Shown here: positions 18,349 to 28,424 of the stretch, in pieces
How positions within the stretch are numbered: position 1 is the first letter of the stretch
How the letters are laid out: every line of letters starts with the position of its first letter
Assembly (NCBI GenBank): GCA_963668285.1
Contig: OY764630.1
Coordinates: 2,232-66,231 of the forward strand
DNA length: 64,000 nt
DNA from: an uncultured Lewinella sp.
Lineage (GTDB): Bacteria > Bacteroidota > Bacteroidia > Chitinophagales > Saprospiraceae
Direction of reading: 5' to 3'
Program-made: the position numbers and the translations under genes
Notes under the pieces: model-generated
Told to the model about the DNA's origin: nothing
Seen by the model: only the letters and a program-made list of their open reading frames with translations
The model's database searches: none

Positions 18349-20205
18349 CTACATCCGCGCCGGCGCCTCGATTCCCAATAACCCAAGACCCGTCCGCAAC
18401 ACGTTACCCACCGCCCGACAGAGCTGCAAACGGAAGGCCACCGCCGCCGGCGTCTCGGCACTCAAAATGCTGTGGTCGTGCCAGAACTTGTGCAGGCTCT
18501 TCGCCAGCTCGTAGCAATACACGGCGATGAGGCTGGGGTCGTAACTCTCCGCCGCCTCGCCGATCAAGGTCGGAAATGCGTACAGTTGGTTGGCCAGTTC
18601 CCGTTCGGCGGGGGCCAGATCGTGGTAATTGGCGGCCGCGGAAACGTCGACGTCGGCACCGGCTTTCCGCCACACGGCCTGGGTTCGTACGTAAGCGTTT
18701 TGCACGTAGGGGCCCGTCTGCCCCTGCATATCCACCGACTCTTTCGGGTCGAAGGTCATGCGCTTCTGCGGGCCGACCTTAATGATGTGAAACTTCAGGG
18801 CGGCCATACCGATCTGACGGACGATGTCCATCTGCTCGGCGTCCGTCAGCCCCTCGGTGGCCGCACGTTCGAGGCTCGCCTCCCGGGCCTCGTTGATCAC
18901 CTCTTTCATCAGGTCGTCGGCGTCGACGATGGTGCCTTCCCGGCTTTTCATCCGGCCGGTGGGCAGGTCCACCATGCCGTAGCTTAGGTGGTAGAGCCCG
19001 GCGGCATAGGGCTCCTCAAGCCGCTTGAGCAGTTCGAAGAGCGTAGCGAAGTGGTGGTTCTGCTCGTCGGCAACGGTGTAGATCATCCTCGAAGCACCGA
19101 AGTCTTCGTAGCGCAGGCGGGCCGTCCCCAGGTCCTGGGTAATGTAGATCGAGGTGCCGTCGGCCCGCATCAACGTCTTTTCGCTGAGCTTGGCGTCGGT
19201 GAGGTCCGCGTAGACCGACCCGTCCGGCCGTTTGTGGAAGACGCCCATTTCCAGGCCCTTATCCACCATGTCCTTACCCAGTTTGTAGGTCTCGGATTCG
19301 TAGTACAACTTATCGAAGTGGACGCCCAGCGCCGCGTAGGTGGCCTCGAAGCCGCGGTACACCCAACCGTTCATCGTACGCCAGAGCTGGAGGGTCGCTT
19401 CGTCACCGGCTTCCCACTTAAGCAACATTTCTTTCGCCTCGGCGCCCAGCTCGGAGTAGTCGTTGAAGTATTTTTTAGCGTAACCTTTAAAAAAAGCATC
19501 GGCGGCCTGACCGTCCTTGCCCTTCTCGGCGAGTACTTTCTTACCCTGGGCGGTAGCTTGCCACGCTTTGTACTCTTGCTGGAAGCGTTTTTCGAATAGA
19601 ACGTAGAAGTCACCCACGAAATGATCGGGCTTAATGCCGGTACTTTCCGGGGTAGCGCCATCGCCGAATTTCCGCCAGGCAAGCATCGACTTACAGATGG
19701 CGATGCCCCGGTCGTTGATGATCTGGACGCGCTTCACCTCGTAGCCCGCCTTGCGCAGCAGGAGGCCGGTCGACCAACCGAGCAGAATGTTCCGGATGTG
19801 ACCGAGGTGCAGGGGCTTATTTGTATTGGGGCTGGATAGCTCGACAACAACCGTTTCCCCTTTGGGGCTGCCCTGCCCGTAGTCCTGCGACTGGGGGTCG
19901 GCCAGTACGAAAGCTTTCCAGTATTCGTCTTCGATGACCAGGTTCAAGAACCCCTTGATGACGTTAAAGCCGGCGATTTGCGGCACGGTGGCCTTAAGCC
20001 GTTCCCCCAGCTCGTGCGCGATGGCGTCCGGCTTTTTTTTGGCCACCCGCGTCAGGGGGAACGTTACCACGGTGTACTCGCCTTCGAATTCCCGGCGGGT
20101 CGCTTGCAGGGTGACGGTGAGCGCGTCGGTATCCGCGCCGTAAAGTTCGGCAACGGCGGCTTTCACGGCGGTAGTGAGTAGTTCCGGCAGGGTTGTATGT
20201 AACAT
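18349..20205 (-). CDS. argS: Arginine--tRNA ligase
   Basis: SSPNTNKPLHLGHIRN, YITQDLG, MKSREG, GQTGPYVQ, and C-terminal LLGIEAPARM. Start ATG at 20205 follows TATCTTCG. Confidence 0.97.
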   Translation of the reverse strand: MLHTTLPELLTTAVKAAVAELYGADTDALTVTLQATRREFEGEYTVVTFPLTRVAKKKPDAIAHELGERLKATVPQIAGFNVIKGFLNLVIEDEYWKAFVLADPQSQDYGQGSPKGETVVVELSSPNTNKPLHLGHIRNILLGWSTGLLLRKAGYEVKRVQIINDRGIAICKSMLAWRKFGDGATPESTGIKPDHFVGDFYVLFEKRFQQEYKAWQATAQGKKVLAEKGKDGQAADAFFKGYAKKYFNDYSELGAEAKEMLLKWEAGDEATLQLWRTMNGWVYRGFEATYAALGVHFDKLYYESETYKLGKDMVDKGLEMGVFHKRPDGSVYADLTDAKLSEKTLMRADGTSIYITQDLGTARLRYEDFGASRMIYTVADEQNHHFATLFELLKRLEEPYAAGLYHLSYGMVDLPTGRMKSREGTIVDADDLMKEVINEAREASLERAATEGLTDAEQMDIVRQIGMAALKFHIIKVGPQKRMTFDPKESVDMQGQTGPYVQNAYVRTQAVWRKAGADVDVSAAANYHDLAPAERELANQLYAFPTLIGEAAESYDPSLIAVYCYELAKSLHKFWHDHSILSAETPAAVAFRLQLCRAVGNVLRTGLGLLGIEAPARM

Positions 20206-20299
20206 GGCGCGAAGATAGTCGCGTGCCGGAATTGCGGGGTGCAAACTCGGCACAACCTCCGGCGGGTCGTTACGTTTCAACCCCAACCAAAGACTACAA

Positions 20300-20854
20300 A
20301 TGGAACGCCCGGTGAAAAGCGGTTCGGTACTCCTGGCCGAGCCTTTTATGTTGGACCCTAATTTTAAACGGACGGCCGTCCTGCTGGTGGATCACTCCGA
20401 TCAGGGCAGCGTCGGCTTCATCATGAACCGGCGTATGGACCTTCGCGTCGATGAGCTCATCGAAGACTTTCCGGAATTCTCCGCCCCCGTCTACTTCGGC
20501 GGGCCGGTGGGCTCCGATACCATCCATTACCTGCACTGCAAAGGTGATTTACTGGAAGGTAGCGACGAGATTACCCGCGGCGTCTACTGGGGCGGGGAAT
20601 ACGAGCGACTTAAGTTCTTGATCCAGAACGAGTTGATCAAACCGAACGACATCAAGTTCTTCGTGGGGTACAGCGGTTGGAGTGAGGACCAACTGGACGA
20701 AGAGCTTATGCTCGGCAGTTGGGTGCCCGCCCGTATGGACCCTAATTATTTATTCAGTACCCCACCGGACGTGCTCTGGAAGCTGGTCATGGGCAATAAG
20801 GGCAAGTACTTTTCCGTCATCGCCGATATGGAGGACGAACCGGCTTACAACTAA
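20300..20854 (+). CDS. YqgE/AlgH family protein
   Basis: LLAEP..DPNF, GFIMNR, FGGPV, FVGYSGW..QL. Confidence 0.93.
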   Translation: MERPVKSGSVLLAEPFMLDPNFKRTAVLLVDHSDQGSVGFIMNRRMDLRVDELIEDFPEFSAPVYFGGPVGSDTIHYLHCKGDLLEGSDEITRGVYWGGEYERLKFLIQNELIKPNDIKFFVGYSGWSEDQLDEELMLGSWVPARMDPNYLFSTPPDVLWKLVMGNKGKYFSVIADMEDEPAYN

Positions 20855-21312
20855 CGGCGGCGTTTCTTGGAGCGCAGCTTCGGCTTGTTCCACTCCTCCT
20901 TCTGCGCGAACTCCACCACGTTTTTCATCACCGCGATCATCGACATGAACACCAGGTAGGCAAAGGTGACTACGAAGATGATCCACTTGTACGAGCCCGC
21001 CTGCCCGATCGGAACGCCACTGAATGCCCAGGCGAGCAGACCGGAGCCCAGCGCCAAGCCCATGAACGAATACAGGCTGCGCCCCCAGTATCGCAGGATG
21101 TTTTTACTCGTGGCGCTCATTATGGCGTTGAAGAGCGCGTAGAAAAGCAGGAAGCTCGCCGCGCAGAGCCAGGCCCACCGGTTGTTCACGACGTCGTCCG
21201 TGCCGGCGCTGACGGCCGTCCCCGCGGCCTGAAAAAAGAAAACAGCGATCAAAACGCCCGCTGCTTGGTATACGGGGTCGATCTTGCGCTCGAAAATTGA
21301 CGATTCTGCCAT
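20851..21312 (-). CDS. Hypothetical 4-TM membrane protein
   Basis: Four hydrophobic segments and a basic C-terminal tail; fills the intergenic gap. Confidence 0.75.
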   Translation of the reverse strand: MAESSIFERKIDPVYQAAGVLIAVFFFQAAGTAVSAGTDDVVNNRWAWLCAASFLLFYALFNAIMSATSKNILRYWGRSLYSFMGLALGSGLLAWAFSGVPIGQAGSYKWIIFVVTFAYLVFMSMIAVMKNVVEFAQKEEWNKPKLRSKKRRR

Positions 21313-21367
21313 AGTGCCTCAGCTTACCGTCGTCTAACGTCACGCCCGCCAGAAGGTTATCCCAAAT

Positions 21368-21973
21368 ATGTCACTTCTCACCCCGACCGCCTACTTCCCG
21401 CCCGCGCACTGGTTCGCCGCCGCCCTGAGCCACGGCCGCTGGACGGTCGAAGCGCACGAGAACTACCAAAGAAAAGGCTGGCGCAACCGCGCCGAGATCG
21501 GGGGGCCAAACGGCAGGATGCTACTTTCCGTGCCCCTCGTGAAGGGGAAAAACCAACGCACGCCCATCCGCGAAGTCCGCATCGGTAACGACACGGACTG
21601 GCGGCGGGAGCACGTCGCATCCATCAAGACCGCGTACGGCCGCTCCCCCTTCTTCGAATACTTTGCCGAAGGCCTCTTCGACGCTATGTCTACCCCGCAC
21701 GATAATTTGTACGAATTAAATTGGGCGTTGATCCGCTACTGCCTCGACTGCTTGGCCCTACCGCTGCGCTTAGAGCACGGTAAAGCCTTCGCGCACTCCG
21801 ACCGACTCAAACATCTGCCCCCCCTTTCGCCTTATCCTCAAGTATTCAGCGATCGTTTCGGTTACCGCAGCCACCTGTCCATCCTCGACGCGCTGTTCTG
21901 TCTGGGGCCCGCTTTCGCGTCTCACGCAGCAAATTATGGCGAGGACGCAGGTGCAACGAACGGAAGTAAGTAG
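21368..21973 (+). CDS. WbqC family protein
   Basis: YFPP, ENYQRKGWRNR, LSVP, AYGRSPFFEY, YPQVF, LSILDALF. Confidence 0.9.
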   Translation: MSLLTPTAYFPPAHWFAAALSHGRWTVEAHENYQRKGWRNRAEIGGPNGRMLLSVPLVKGKNQRTPIREVRIGNDTDWRREHVASIKTAYGRSPFFEYFAEGLFDAMSTPHDNLYELNWALIRYCLDCLALPLRLEHGKAFAHSDRLKHLPPLSPYPQVFSDRFGYRSHLSILDALFCLGPAFASHAANYGEDAGATNGSK

Positions 21974-22071
21974 CAATATCGGCCTTCGGCCACTAAGCCG
22001 CAGTCTAACGGACTAACTAATAGACGGACGGGCTACCTACTTCCACCCACCGGCGGTCGCAACCCACCACT

Positions 22072-23796
22072 ATGGCACAGTTACTAGACGCACAGATTCA
22101 AGCCAGCCGCGCCCGGCTGGAAGAAATCATCAAGAACCTCCACGAGCTTACCCTCCGCATCGGCCACGAAGAAATGGCCAGCACGGTAAGCGACCTCCGC
22201 AACCGCATCTTCGAGCCCTTCATGTTCGTCATCGTTGGCGAGGTCAAGGCGGGTAAGTCCAGCTTCGTCAACGCTTTACTCGATACGGGTAAGGAAATCG
22301 CCAAGGCCGCCCCGCAGCCGATGACGGATACGATCCAGCAGATCATCTACGGCGAAGAGCACCGGGAAGTATCGGTCAACCCCTACCTGAAAAAGATCTT
22401 CCTGCCCGTAGAAATACTGCGCGAGATCGCCATAGTCGACACCCCCGGCACCAACACGATCGTCGAACACCACCAGGAGATTACCGAAAGCTTCATCCCG
22501 GCCAGCGACCTGATCGTATTCGTCTTCGAAGCCAAAAACCCCTACCGCCAATCCGCCTGGGATTTCTTTCGCTACATCCACGGCGACTGGCGCAAGAAGA
22601 CCATCTTCGTGCTCCAACAACGCGACCTGGCCAACGAAAACGAGCTGGCCACCAACCTACGGGGCGTAGCGGAGAAAGCCGAGAAGGAAGGCATCGCCGC
22701 CCCCCAGGTTTTTGCCGTCAGCGCAAAGGTGGAGCAGGACAAGACCGGCGACAGCGGTTTCGCTCCTCTTCGCCAGTACATCAAAGAGAACATTACCGGC
22801 GGTAAGGCCCCCCGACTCAAACTCGGCAACAGCATTCAGACCGCCCAAACGATCAACGAGCGTATTGCAGAAGGATTGGTCCTGCGCCGCAAGCAGTACG
22901 AAGCCGATACGGACTTTCGCGGGGAGATCGAGCAAACCCTCGACGAGCAGACCGCCCAGAGTAATAAGCAGGTAGACCTGATGGTGGAAAACCTCGTACT
23001 CACTTACGACAACATCACCCGCTCCCGCCTCGAAGAACTCCGGTCCGGACTGAGCATTTTCGGGCTCATGCGTCGTTCCTTCGCCGCCACCTTCGGCAGT
23101 ACCCCCGACGCTAAGACGTGGCTAACCGAACTAGCCGAGGGCATGGAAGAGGAACTCAACGTGAAATTACGCGCCCGCCTCAACGATAACGTCGTCGACC
23201 TGGCCGAATCCATCCAGCAAATGGTCAAACTCATCGACCTGAAGATCCGCAACAGCACCACCATCCTGAAGAACGACCACGAACTGTTCAGCGACATCGC
23301 CGAGCGGCGGGAGAACGTACTTCGCGATCTGCAGGACCAGTTCAACCGCTTCGTCCGGCAAACCGAGAATTTTACCGACGAAACCCTCTTCGCCGGCCGC
23401 GAAGACCTCACGCCGAACCTGGCCGCCGGAGGGGGGATAGCTGCCCTCGGCGTAGTACTCATGACGCTCTCCACCCTCTCCGTATTCGACATCACCGGTG
23501 GCATCCTGACTACGGTCGGCGTCCTTTTCGCCGGCTTCAGCACCCGCGGCAAACGCAAACGCATCATCGATGGCTTCGAAGCGGAAGTAGCCGTGGGCCG
23601 CGAAAAACTCGTGCAAGAACTGGAGGAAAAGCTAAAAACTTACATCGCCACCCTCCGCAAGCGCATGGAGCAGAACTTCGCCCGCTTCGACGAAAACCTC
23701 GCCCGGGAACAGAAGACCCTGGTCATTCTCGAAGGTAACCACGCGGAGATCACCGGTAAACTCGATGAGCTGGAAGGCGAGCTGACTACTAGCTGA
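22072..23796 (+). CDS. Bacterial dynamin-like (Dynamin_N) GTPase with membrane hairpin
   Basis: G1 [10 protein letters not shown]3 DTPGTN, long helical coiled coil, hydrophobic paddle [13 protein letters not shown]...[14 protein letters not shown]. Confidence 0.87.
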   Translation: MAQLLDAQIQASRARLEEIIKNLHELTLRIGHEEMASTVSDLRNRIFEPFMFVIVGEVKAGKSSFVNALLDTGKEIAKAAPQPMTDTIQQIIYGEEHREVSVNPYLKKIFLPVEILREIAIVDTPGTNTIVEHHQEITESFIPASDLIVFVFEAKNPYRQSAWDFFRYIHGDWRKKTIFVLQQRDLANENELATNLRGVAEKAEKEGIAAPQVFAVSAKVEQDKTGDSGFAPLRQYIKENITGGKAPRLKLGNSIQTAQTINERIAEGLVLRRKQYEADTDFRGEIEQTLDEQTAQSNKQVDLMVENLVLTYDNITRSRLEELRSGLSIFGLMRRSFAATFGSTPDAKTWLTELAEGMEEELNVKLRARLNDNVVDLAESIQQMVKLIDLKIRNSTTILKNDHELFSDIAERRENVLRDLQDQFNRFVRQTENFTDETLFAGREDLTPNLAAGGGIAALGVVLMTLSTLSVFDITGGILTTVGVLFAGFSTRGKRKRIIDGFEAEVAVGREKLVQELEEKLKTYIATLRKRMEQNFARFDENLAREQKTLVILEGNHAEITGKLDELEGELTTS

Positions 23797-24385
23797 GCCG
23801 ATTGGTGATCAGCTTGAGAAATTCGTTACGGGTGCGTTCGTGCTTGAACGCCCCGGTGAAGGCCGACGTGGTCGTAACACTCGCCTGCTTCTGTACGCCC
23901 CGCATCATCATGCACATGTGCCTCGCCTCGATCACTACGGCTACACCCATCGGCACCAGCGTACTATGGATGGCCTGGAGTATCTGATCGGTCAACCGCT
24001 CCTGTACCTGTAGGCGCCGTGCGTACACGTCGATCACCCGCGGTATCTTGCTCAGCCCGACAATGTATCCATCGGGAATGTAGGCTACGTGCGCTTTTCC
24101 GAAAAAGGGCAGAAGGTGGTGCTCGCAAAGGGAGTAAAACTCGATGTCCTTAACGATGACCATCTCCGAGTAATCTTCGGCGAACATGGCTTGTTTGAGG
24201 ATCGACTCGGCGTTCTGGTCGTAGCCCTTAGTCAGGTATTGCATTGCCTTGGCCGCCCGGGCCGGCGTTTTGATCAATCCTTCACGCATCGGGTCTTCGC
24301 CGACTCCTTCGATGATGGCGTGAAAATTCTCCTGCATTTCCTGCAAGCCGGTGCCGGGTGCGGTGGTTTTGTCAGTCGGGGTCAT
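23789..24385 (-). CDS. folE: GTP cyclohydrolase I
   Basis: [46 protein letters not shown]. Confidence 0.97.
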   Translation of the reverse strand: MTPTDKTTAPGTGLQEMQENFHAIIEGVGEDPMREGLIKTPARAAKAMQYLTKGYDQNAESILKQAMFAEDYSEMVIVKDIEFYSLCEHHLLPFFGKAHVAYIPDGYIVGLSKIPRVIDVYARRLQVQERLTDQILQAIHSTLVPMGVAVVIEARHMCMMMRGVQKQASVTTTSAFTGAFKHERTRNEFLKLITNRLS

Positions 24386-24813
24386 GGGCGTTTTCCTTCG
24401 GGGCCGTAATACTCTGCGTAGATGTTTTCGGTCTCGTGCAGCCGGATGCAGTGTAGGCGAGACCCCAGGCCGGCAACCTCCGGCTCAATGCGCTTCCAGA
24501 AGGCACGGCAAAGGTTCTCCGTAGTGGGTTGCCGATCCTGCGGGAACCAATCGACGTCGAGGTTTACGTTCGAGTGGTCCACCTCGTCGACGATGCGATC
24601 GTGGATGATGTCCTTGAGCTTCTTCGCGTCGAGTACGAACCCCGTCACCGGGTCGGGTTCACCGGCAACCGTCACGAATAACACGTAGTTATGTCCGTGC
24701 CAATTCTTGTTGCTGCACTTGCCGAACACGGACGCGTTTTTGTCATCCGACCAGGCAGCGACCCGCAGCTGATGGGCGGCGTTAAAAGTTTCACGACGGG
24801 TTAAGTAGACCAT
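24382..24813 (-). CDS. queD: 6-carboxytetrahydropterin synthase / PTPS
   Basis: FNAAH, FGKC, HGHNY, PTTENL, LHET. Coupled to folE. Confidence 0.88.
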   Translation of the reverse strand: MVYLTRRETFNAAHQLRVAAWSDDKNASVFGKCSNKNWHGHNYVLFVTVAGEPDPVTGFVLDAKKLKDIIHDRIVDEVDHSNVNLDVDWFPQDRQPTTENLCRAFWKRIEPEVAGLGSRLHCIRLHETENIYAEYYGPEGKRP

Positions 24814-24859
24814 GGCGCGAAGGTACTAAGTCCGTAATTACTTTCCGGCGGGTGCAAAG

Positions 24860-25747
24860 CTAGGCGTCTTTGGTTTTGAGGTAACGGGCAATACCCGTAA
24901 CACTCATGTACGGTGGGTTGGCCGCCCGGTAAGCGTTGATTGTCAGTTCGTCGGCCCCCGCCGCTCGCAATTCGTCTTCCACCATGGTCGAGAACCCCGG
25001 CACCAGATCCTCCAATTGGCTTACATCGTCAATGCGGCCGGCCACCCAATCGACGTAGGCGGTAAGTCGCCGGCGAAGCGCCGGTAGGTGACCGCCGGGC
25101 GCGACCTTTCCAAAATGCGTCAGATAGAAAGCCCGGGCATTCAATCGTTCCAGCCGCTCGATGGAGGCACACCAGGCGGGTACGTCGATATCCGGCGGGG
25201 GCAGCGGGGGTACTACCGGTCCGCCGTGGATGCTGACCCCGCCGACGTCTCCGGTGAACACGACCCCGTCCACCGCCCACGCTATGTGGTGGCTTGCGTG
25301 GCCGGGGGTGTGGTGCGCCGTCCACTCCTTGCCACCGATCGGCAGCACCACACGGTCCTCCACCCCGGTTATGGACGCGGCGTCAATGGCTTCCATCCTT
25401 CCCCACAACTCTTCCATGCGGTCCTCGCCGTAGATCCGCGCCGCCGACCCGTATAACCTTGTGGGGTCGATCATGTGCCTGAGCCCCCGGGGGTGTACGT
25501 AAACTTGCGCTCCTTTGCGCGCCCACCACCAGGCGGCGCCGGCGTGATCGAAGTGGATGTGGGTAAGCAATAAGGTGTGTACGTCATCGGGGTCGATGCT
25601 CTTCGCTCTCAGACCCGCGATCAGGCTTTCGTGGGTGCTGAACGGGCCGCATTCGACCAGCACGTAGCCCCGTGCGTCCGGGATGGCGAAGGCGGCTATT
25701 GCACTGGCCTGCCCCAGAAAATGAAGGTCGATGGTGTGTACGGTCAT
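24860..25747 (-). CDS. MBL-fold metallo-hydrolase
   Basis: THIHFDHAG, TPGHASHH, FTGD, LTHFG. Start ATG at 25747 (MTVHTIDL). Confidence 0.9.
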   Translation of the reverse strand: MTVHTIDLHFLGQASAIAAFAIPDARGYVLVECGPFSTHESLIAGLRAKSIDPDDVHTLLLTHIHFDHAGAAWWWARKGAQVYVHPRGLRHMIDPTRLYGSAARIYGEDRMEELWGRMEAIDAASITGVEDRVVLPIGGKEWTAHHTPGHASHHIAWAVDGVVFTGDVGGVSIHGGPVVPPLPPPDIDVPAWCASIERLERLNARAFYLTHFGKVAPGGHLPALRRRLTAYVDWVAGRIDDVSQLEDLVPGFSTMVEDELRAAGADELTINAYRAANPPYMSVTGIARYLKTKDA

Positions 25748-25775
25748 GAGGCCAAGATAAACGAACATTGCGTGT

Positions 25776-26921
25776 ATGAACAGGATTCTACCTAACAAAC
25801 CAATAGGTATCACCACTACTCTACACATTGTCGCGGGTCTACTCGGCCTGGTAGGCGTTCTGGGCACACTGATCCCCTTCATAATGAAGGACGACTACTG
25901 GATCAGAGGCTTCGACTACCCCCGCTTACAGCTCGTCTTCATTCTGGCCCTCGCGGCCGTCCTGTGGGCTTTCGTAACGGACATCACCACCCTCGGTCTG
26001 AACCTGGCCGTATGGGCGGCATTATCCGGGGCCGGTGCCTACCAGACGTACCGCATTCTCCCTTACACGAAGCTCTGGCGCACCCACAGCAGATCGGCGG
26101 CGCACAAAGAAGACGGTGATCGGCACATCAAGCTCCTCATGAGTAACGTGCTTCAGACCAACACACAGTCCGACAAGCTCATCGCACTCGTTAAGGAAAA
26201 GCAGCCCGATATGCTGCTTACGCTGGAAACCAACCGGTGGTGGGAAGACCGACTCGACGAAGCCCTGCTCGCCGACTACCCCCACAAAGTACCCGTACCC
26301 CTGGAAAACCTCTACGGAATGCACCTCTACTCGCGCATCCCGCTCATCGACCCGGAGATCGTCTACCGCATCAAGGACGACATCCCGGGAATAAACACCT
26401 CGGTGAAACTGGAGAACGGGCAACGGGTATTCATGTATTTCGTACACCCGATGCCACCCAGCCCGTCGGAAGCCTACGCGTCCACCAGCCGGGACGGGGA
26501 GTTGGCCCTGATCGGTAAGACAGTCAAAGAGCACGGCGGTACTACCATCGTAGCCGGAGACCTCAACGACGTTGCCTGGTCTCACTCTACCCGGCTATTC
26601 AAACGCCTCAGCGGATTGGTCGACCCGCGCGTCGGACGCGGCCTTTTCCCGACTTTCCATGCCGCCTACTGGATTGCCCGCTGGCCGCTGGACCACCTCT
26701 TCCACACCACCGACCTCGCATTGCTCTCCCTCGAGCGACTACCCGACATCGGAAGCGACCACTTCCCGATCTACATAGAACTTAGCTACGAACCGGAGTC
26801 CGACGACCACGACAACGAGGAGGCGGACAGTGACGACCACCAGGAAGCCGACGAAACGATCCAGAAAGCCAAGAGCGGGGAAGAAGACACCGTTAAAGCC
26901 AGTCTGACGGAAGTAGCCTAA
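25776..26921 (+). CDS. Membrane-anchored endonuclease/exonuclease/phosphatase (YafD-like) protein
   Basis: Three N-terminal TMs, SNV, LE, VAGDLND, LDH, GSDHFP, and an acidic tail. Confidence 0.9.
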   Translation: MNRILPNKPIGITTTLHIVAGLLGLVGVLGTLIPFIMKDDYWIRGFDYPRLQLVFILALAAVLWAFVTDITTLGLNLAVWAALSGAGAYQTYRILPYTKLWRTHSRSAAHKEDGDRHIKLLMSNVLQTNTQSDKLIALVKEKQPDMLLTLETNRWWEDRLDEALLADYPHKVPVPLENLYGMHLYSRIPLIDPEIVYRIKDDIPGINTSVKLENGQRVFMYFVHPMPPSPSEAYASTSRDGELALIGKTVKEHGGTTIVAGDLNDVAWSHSTRLFKRLSGLVDPRVGRGLFPTFHAAYWIARWPLDHLFHTTDLALLSLERLPDIGSDHFPIYIELSYEPESDDHDNEEADSDDHQEADETIQKAKSGEEDTVKASLTEVA

Positions 26922-27014
26922 GGCACGCGAGCCGGTGAAATACAACACCTTACGGACGACCGGCGAGCTTCAACAAAACTGTTCGCAAAAACTTGTAACT
27001 TTTCCAGTCCGTCG

Positions 27015-27091
27015 CTATCCTGAAAACATATACCGAAGTATCTTTGACGGCTTCCGTGTCGAACGGATACTTCTCAGCAAAACCAGGATAG
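27015..27091. promoter_or_regulatory. Nested palindromic operator-like region with TATCTTTG -7 element (27039-27046)
   Basis: ctatcctg(27015)...caggatag(27084) and gaagtatc(27035)...gatacttc(27066) share an axis at about 27053-27054. Confidence 0.6.
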
Positions 27092-27098
27092 TAGCTTT

Positions 27099-27929
27099 AT
27101 GAATAACGTAGTCTCGCAGCGATTCATCAAGTGTCATAATAAATTGCGGGAGGAGAAGCGCGTAAGGTCCAGTCGCGCATTCGCCCTGTCACTCGAGTAT
27201 CTTCCGCAATCCCTTAGTGAAATACTGAAAGGCCGTAGGGACGTGACCATCGAACTACTCCGCAAGGCCGTCGCACTCTACAAGATCAACCCGGTGTACA
27301 TCATGACCGGCGACGGGCCCATGTTCATGACCGACGAGACCAACCAGAGCTTCCGCGTCCTGACCACCATTCGGACGCCGAAGGACGATGAGCTGATCAT
27401 CCACGTTCCGCAGCCCGCCCAATCTTCCTACGCCGCGGAACTTGGAGACCCCTCCTTCATTAGCGAACTCCCCACCTACAGCCTACCCGACTATAAATAT
27501 AAAGTCGGCACCCACCGCAGTTTCGACGTGCCCGGCGACAGCATGGAACCCACCCTCTTCGAAGGCGACAAAGTCGTCTGTTCCTTCCTCGACCCCACGC
27601 TCTGGGAATCCGGCATAAAAGACAACTTCGCCTACGTGATCGTTACCCGCAGTGACGTCGTCGTCCGCCGGGTCCGCAACCTCATCAATGACAGTAAGGA
27701 ACTCGAGCTACTCCCCGAAAACACCTTCTACGACCCCCGCCGCATCGGACTGGCGGAGCTCCGGGAGATCTGGTACGTACGGGCTCGAATTACCCCCTTC
27801 CTCCCCTCCCCCCAGAACATACAGCGCTACGTCCACAACGAGATGTCCGAACTCAAGGAAACCATCACCAAGCAAGGGCAACTGATCGGCAAGCTCACGA
27901 CCGCGGTGGATAAGTTGGGAAGTGGGTAG
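27099..27929 (+). CDS. HTH-S24 (LexA/CI-like) transcriptional regulator, apparently non-cleavable
   Basis: N-terminal XRE-type HTH (QSLSEILKGRRDVT...INPVYIMTGDGPMF), S24 domain FDVPGDSMEP, and a C-terminal coiled coil. Confidence 0.88.
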   Translation: MNNVVSQRFIKCHNKLREEKRVRSSRAFALSLEYLPQSLSEILKGRRDVTIELLRKAVALYKINPVYIMTGDGPMFMTDETNQSFRVLTTIRTPKDDELIIHVPQPAQSSYAAELGDPSFISELPTYSLPDYKYKVGTHRSFDVPGDSMEPTLFEGDKVVCSFLDPTLWESGIKDNFAYVIVTRSDVVVRRVRNLINDSKELELLPENTFYDPRRIGLAELREIWYVRARITPFLPSPQNIQRYVHNEMSELKETITKQGQLIGKLTTAVDKLGSG

Positions 27930-27981
27930 GGAGCTTGGGTAGCGGGGTAGGACGCGCTCCGCGCTTTAACGGGTAAAGTAA

Positions 27982-28401
27982 CTACTCGTTAACCACCGCG
28001 TACCCCCAGCTGATCTCCACCCCCCCGGCCTTGAGCATCATGCTCACCGAGCACAGCTTCTCCATACTCAACCGGCAGGCACGTTCCGCTTTACGTTCGT
28101 CGATGGGGCCTACCAGCTCGTAGTGTACGTGGATGCCGGTGAAGATGCGCGGCTCCTGGTCCCGACGTTCTCCGCTGACGGTGATGCGAATATCCAATAG
28201 CTCCTGTCGCTGCTTTTTGAGTAACAGGACGATATCGATCGCCGAACAACTACCGACCGAAGCGAGGAGCATTTCCATCGGCCGCATCCCGCCGTTAATG
28301 CCACCGATGGCGGGGCTGCCGTCCGCGCGTACCGTCAGGCCGTCGGCGTTGGTGGCTTCTAAGTTGACGTCTCCCGCGATGCGGCGTAATTCGACCTTCA
28401 T
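27982..28401 (-). CDS. OsmC family protein (YhfA-like)
   Basis: GMRPMEMLLASVGSCSAID and SMEKLCSVS contain the two conserved Cys. Confidence 0.92.
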   Translation of the reverse strand: MKVELRRIAGDVNLEATNADGLTVRADGSPAIGGINGGMRPMEMLLASVGSCSAIDIVLLLKKQRQELLDIRITVSGERRDQEPRIFTGIHVHYELVGPIDERKAERACRLSMEKLCSVSMMLKAGGVEISWGYAVVNE

Positions 28402-28424
28402 AGTAGTTATCTTCTTGGTGGCGT

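Noticed and set aside
21981-21991. ggccttcggcc mini-hairpin (and gcgctccgcgc near 27954)
   Set aside because: Too short to distinguish from chance or degenerate repeat remnants.
27099-27929. Prophage repressor interpretation of the HTH-S24 gene
   Set aside because: There is no integrase, divergent cro, structural gene or att site nearby; the flanks are housekeeping genes.
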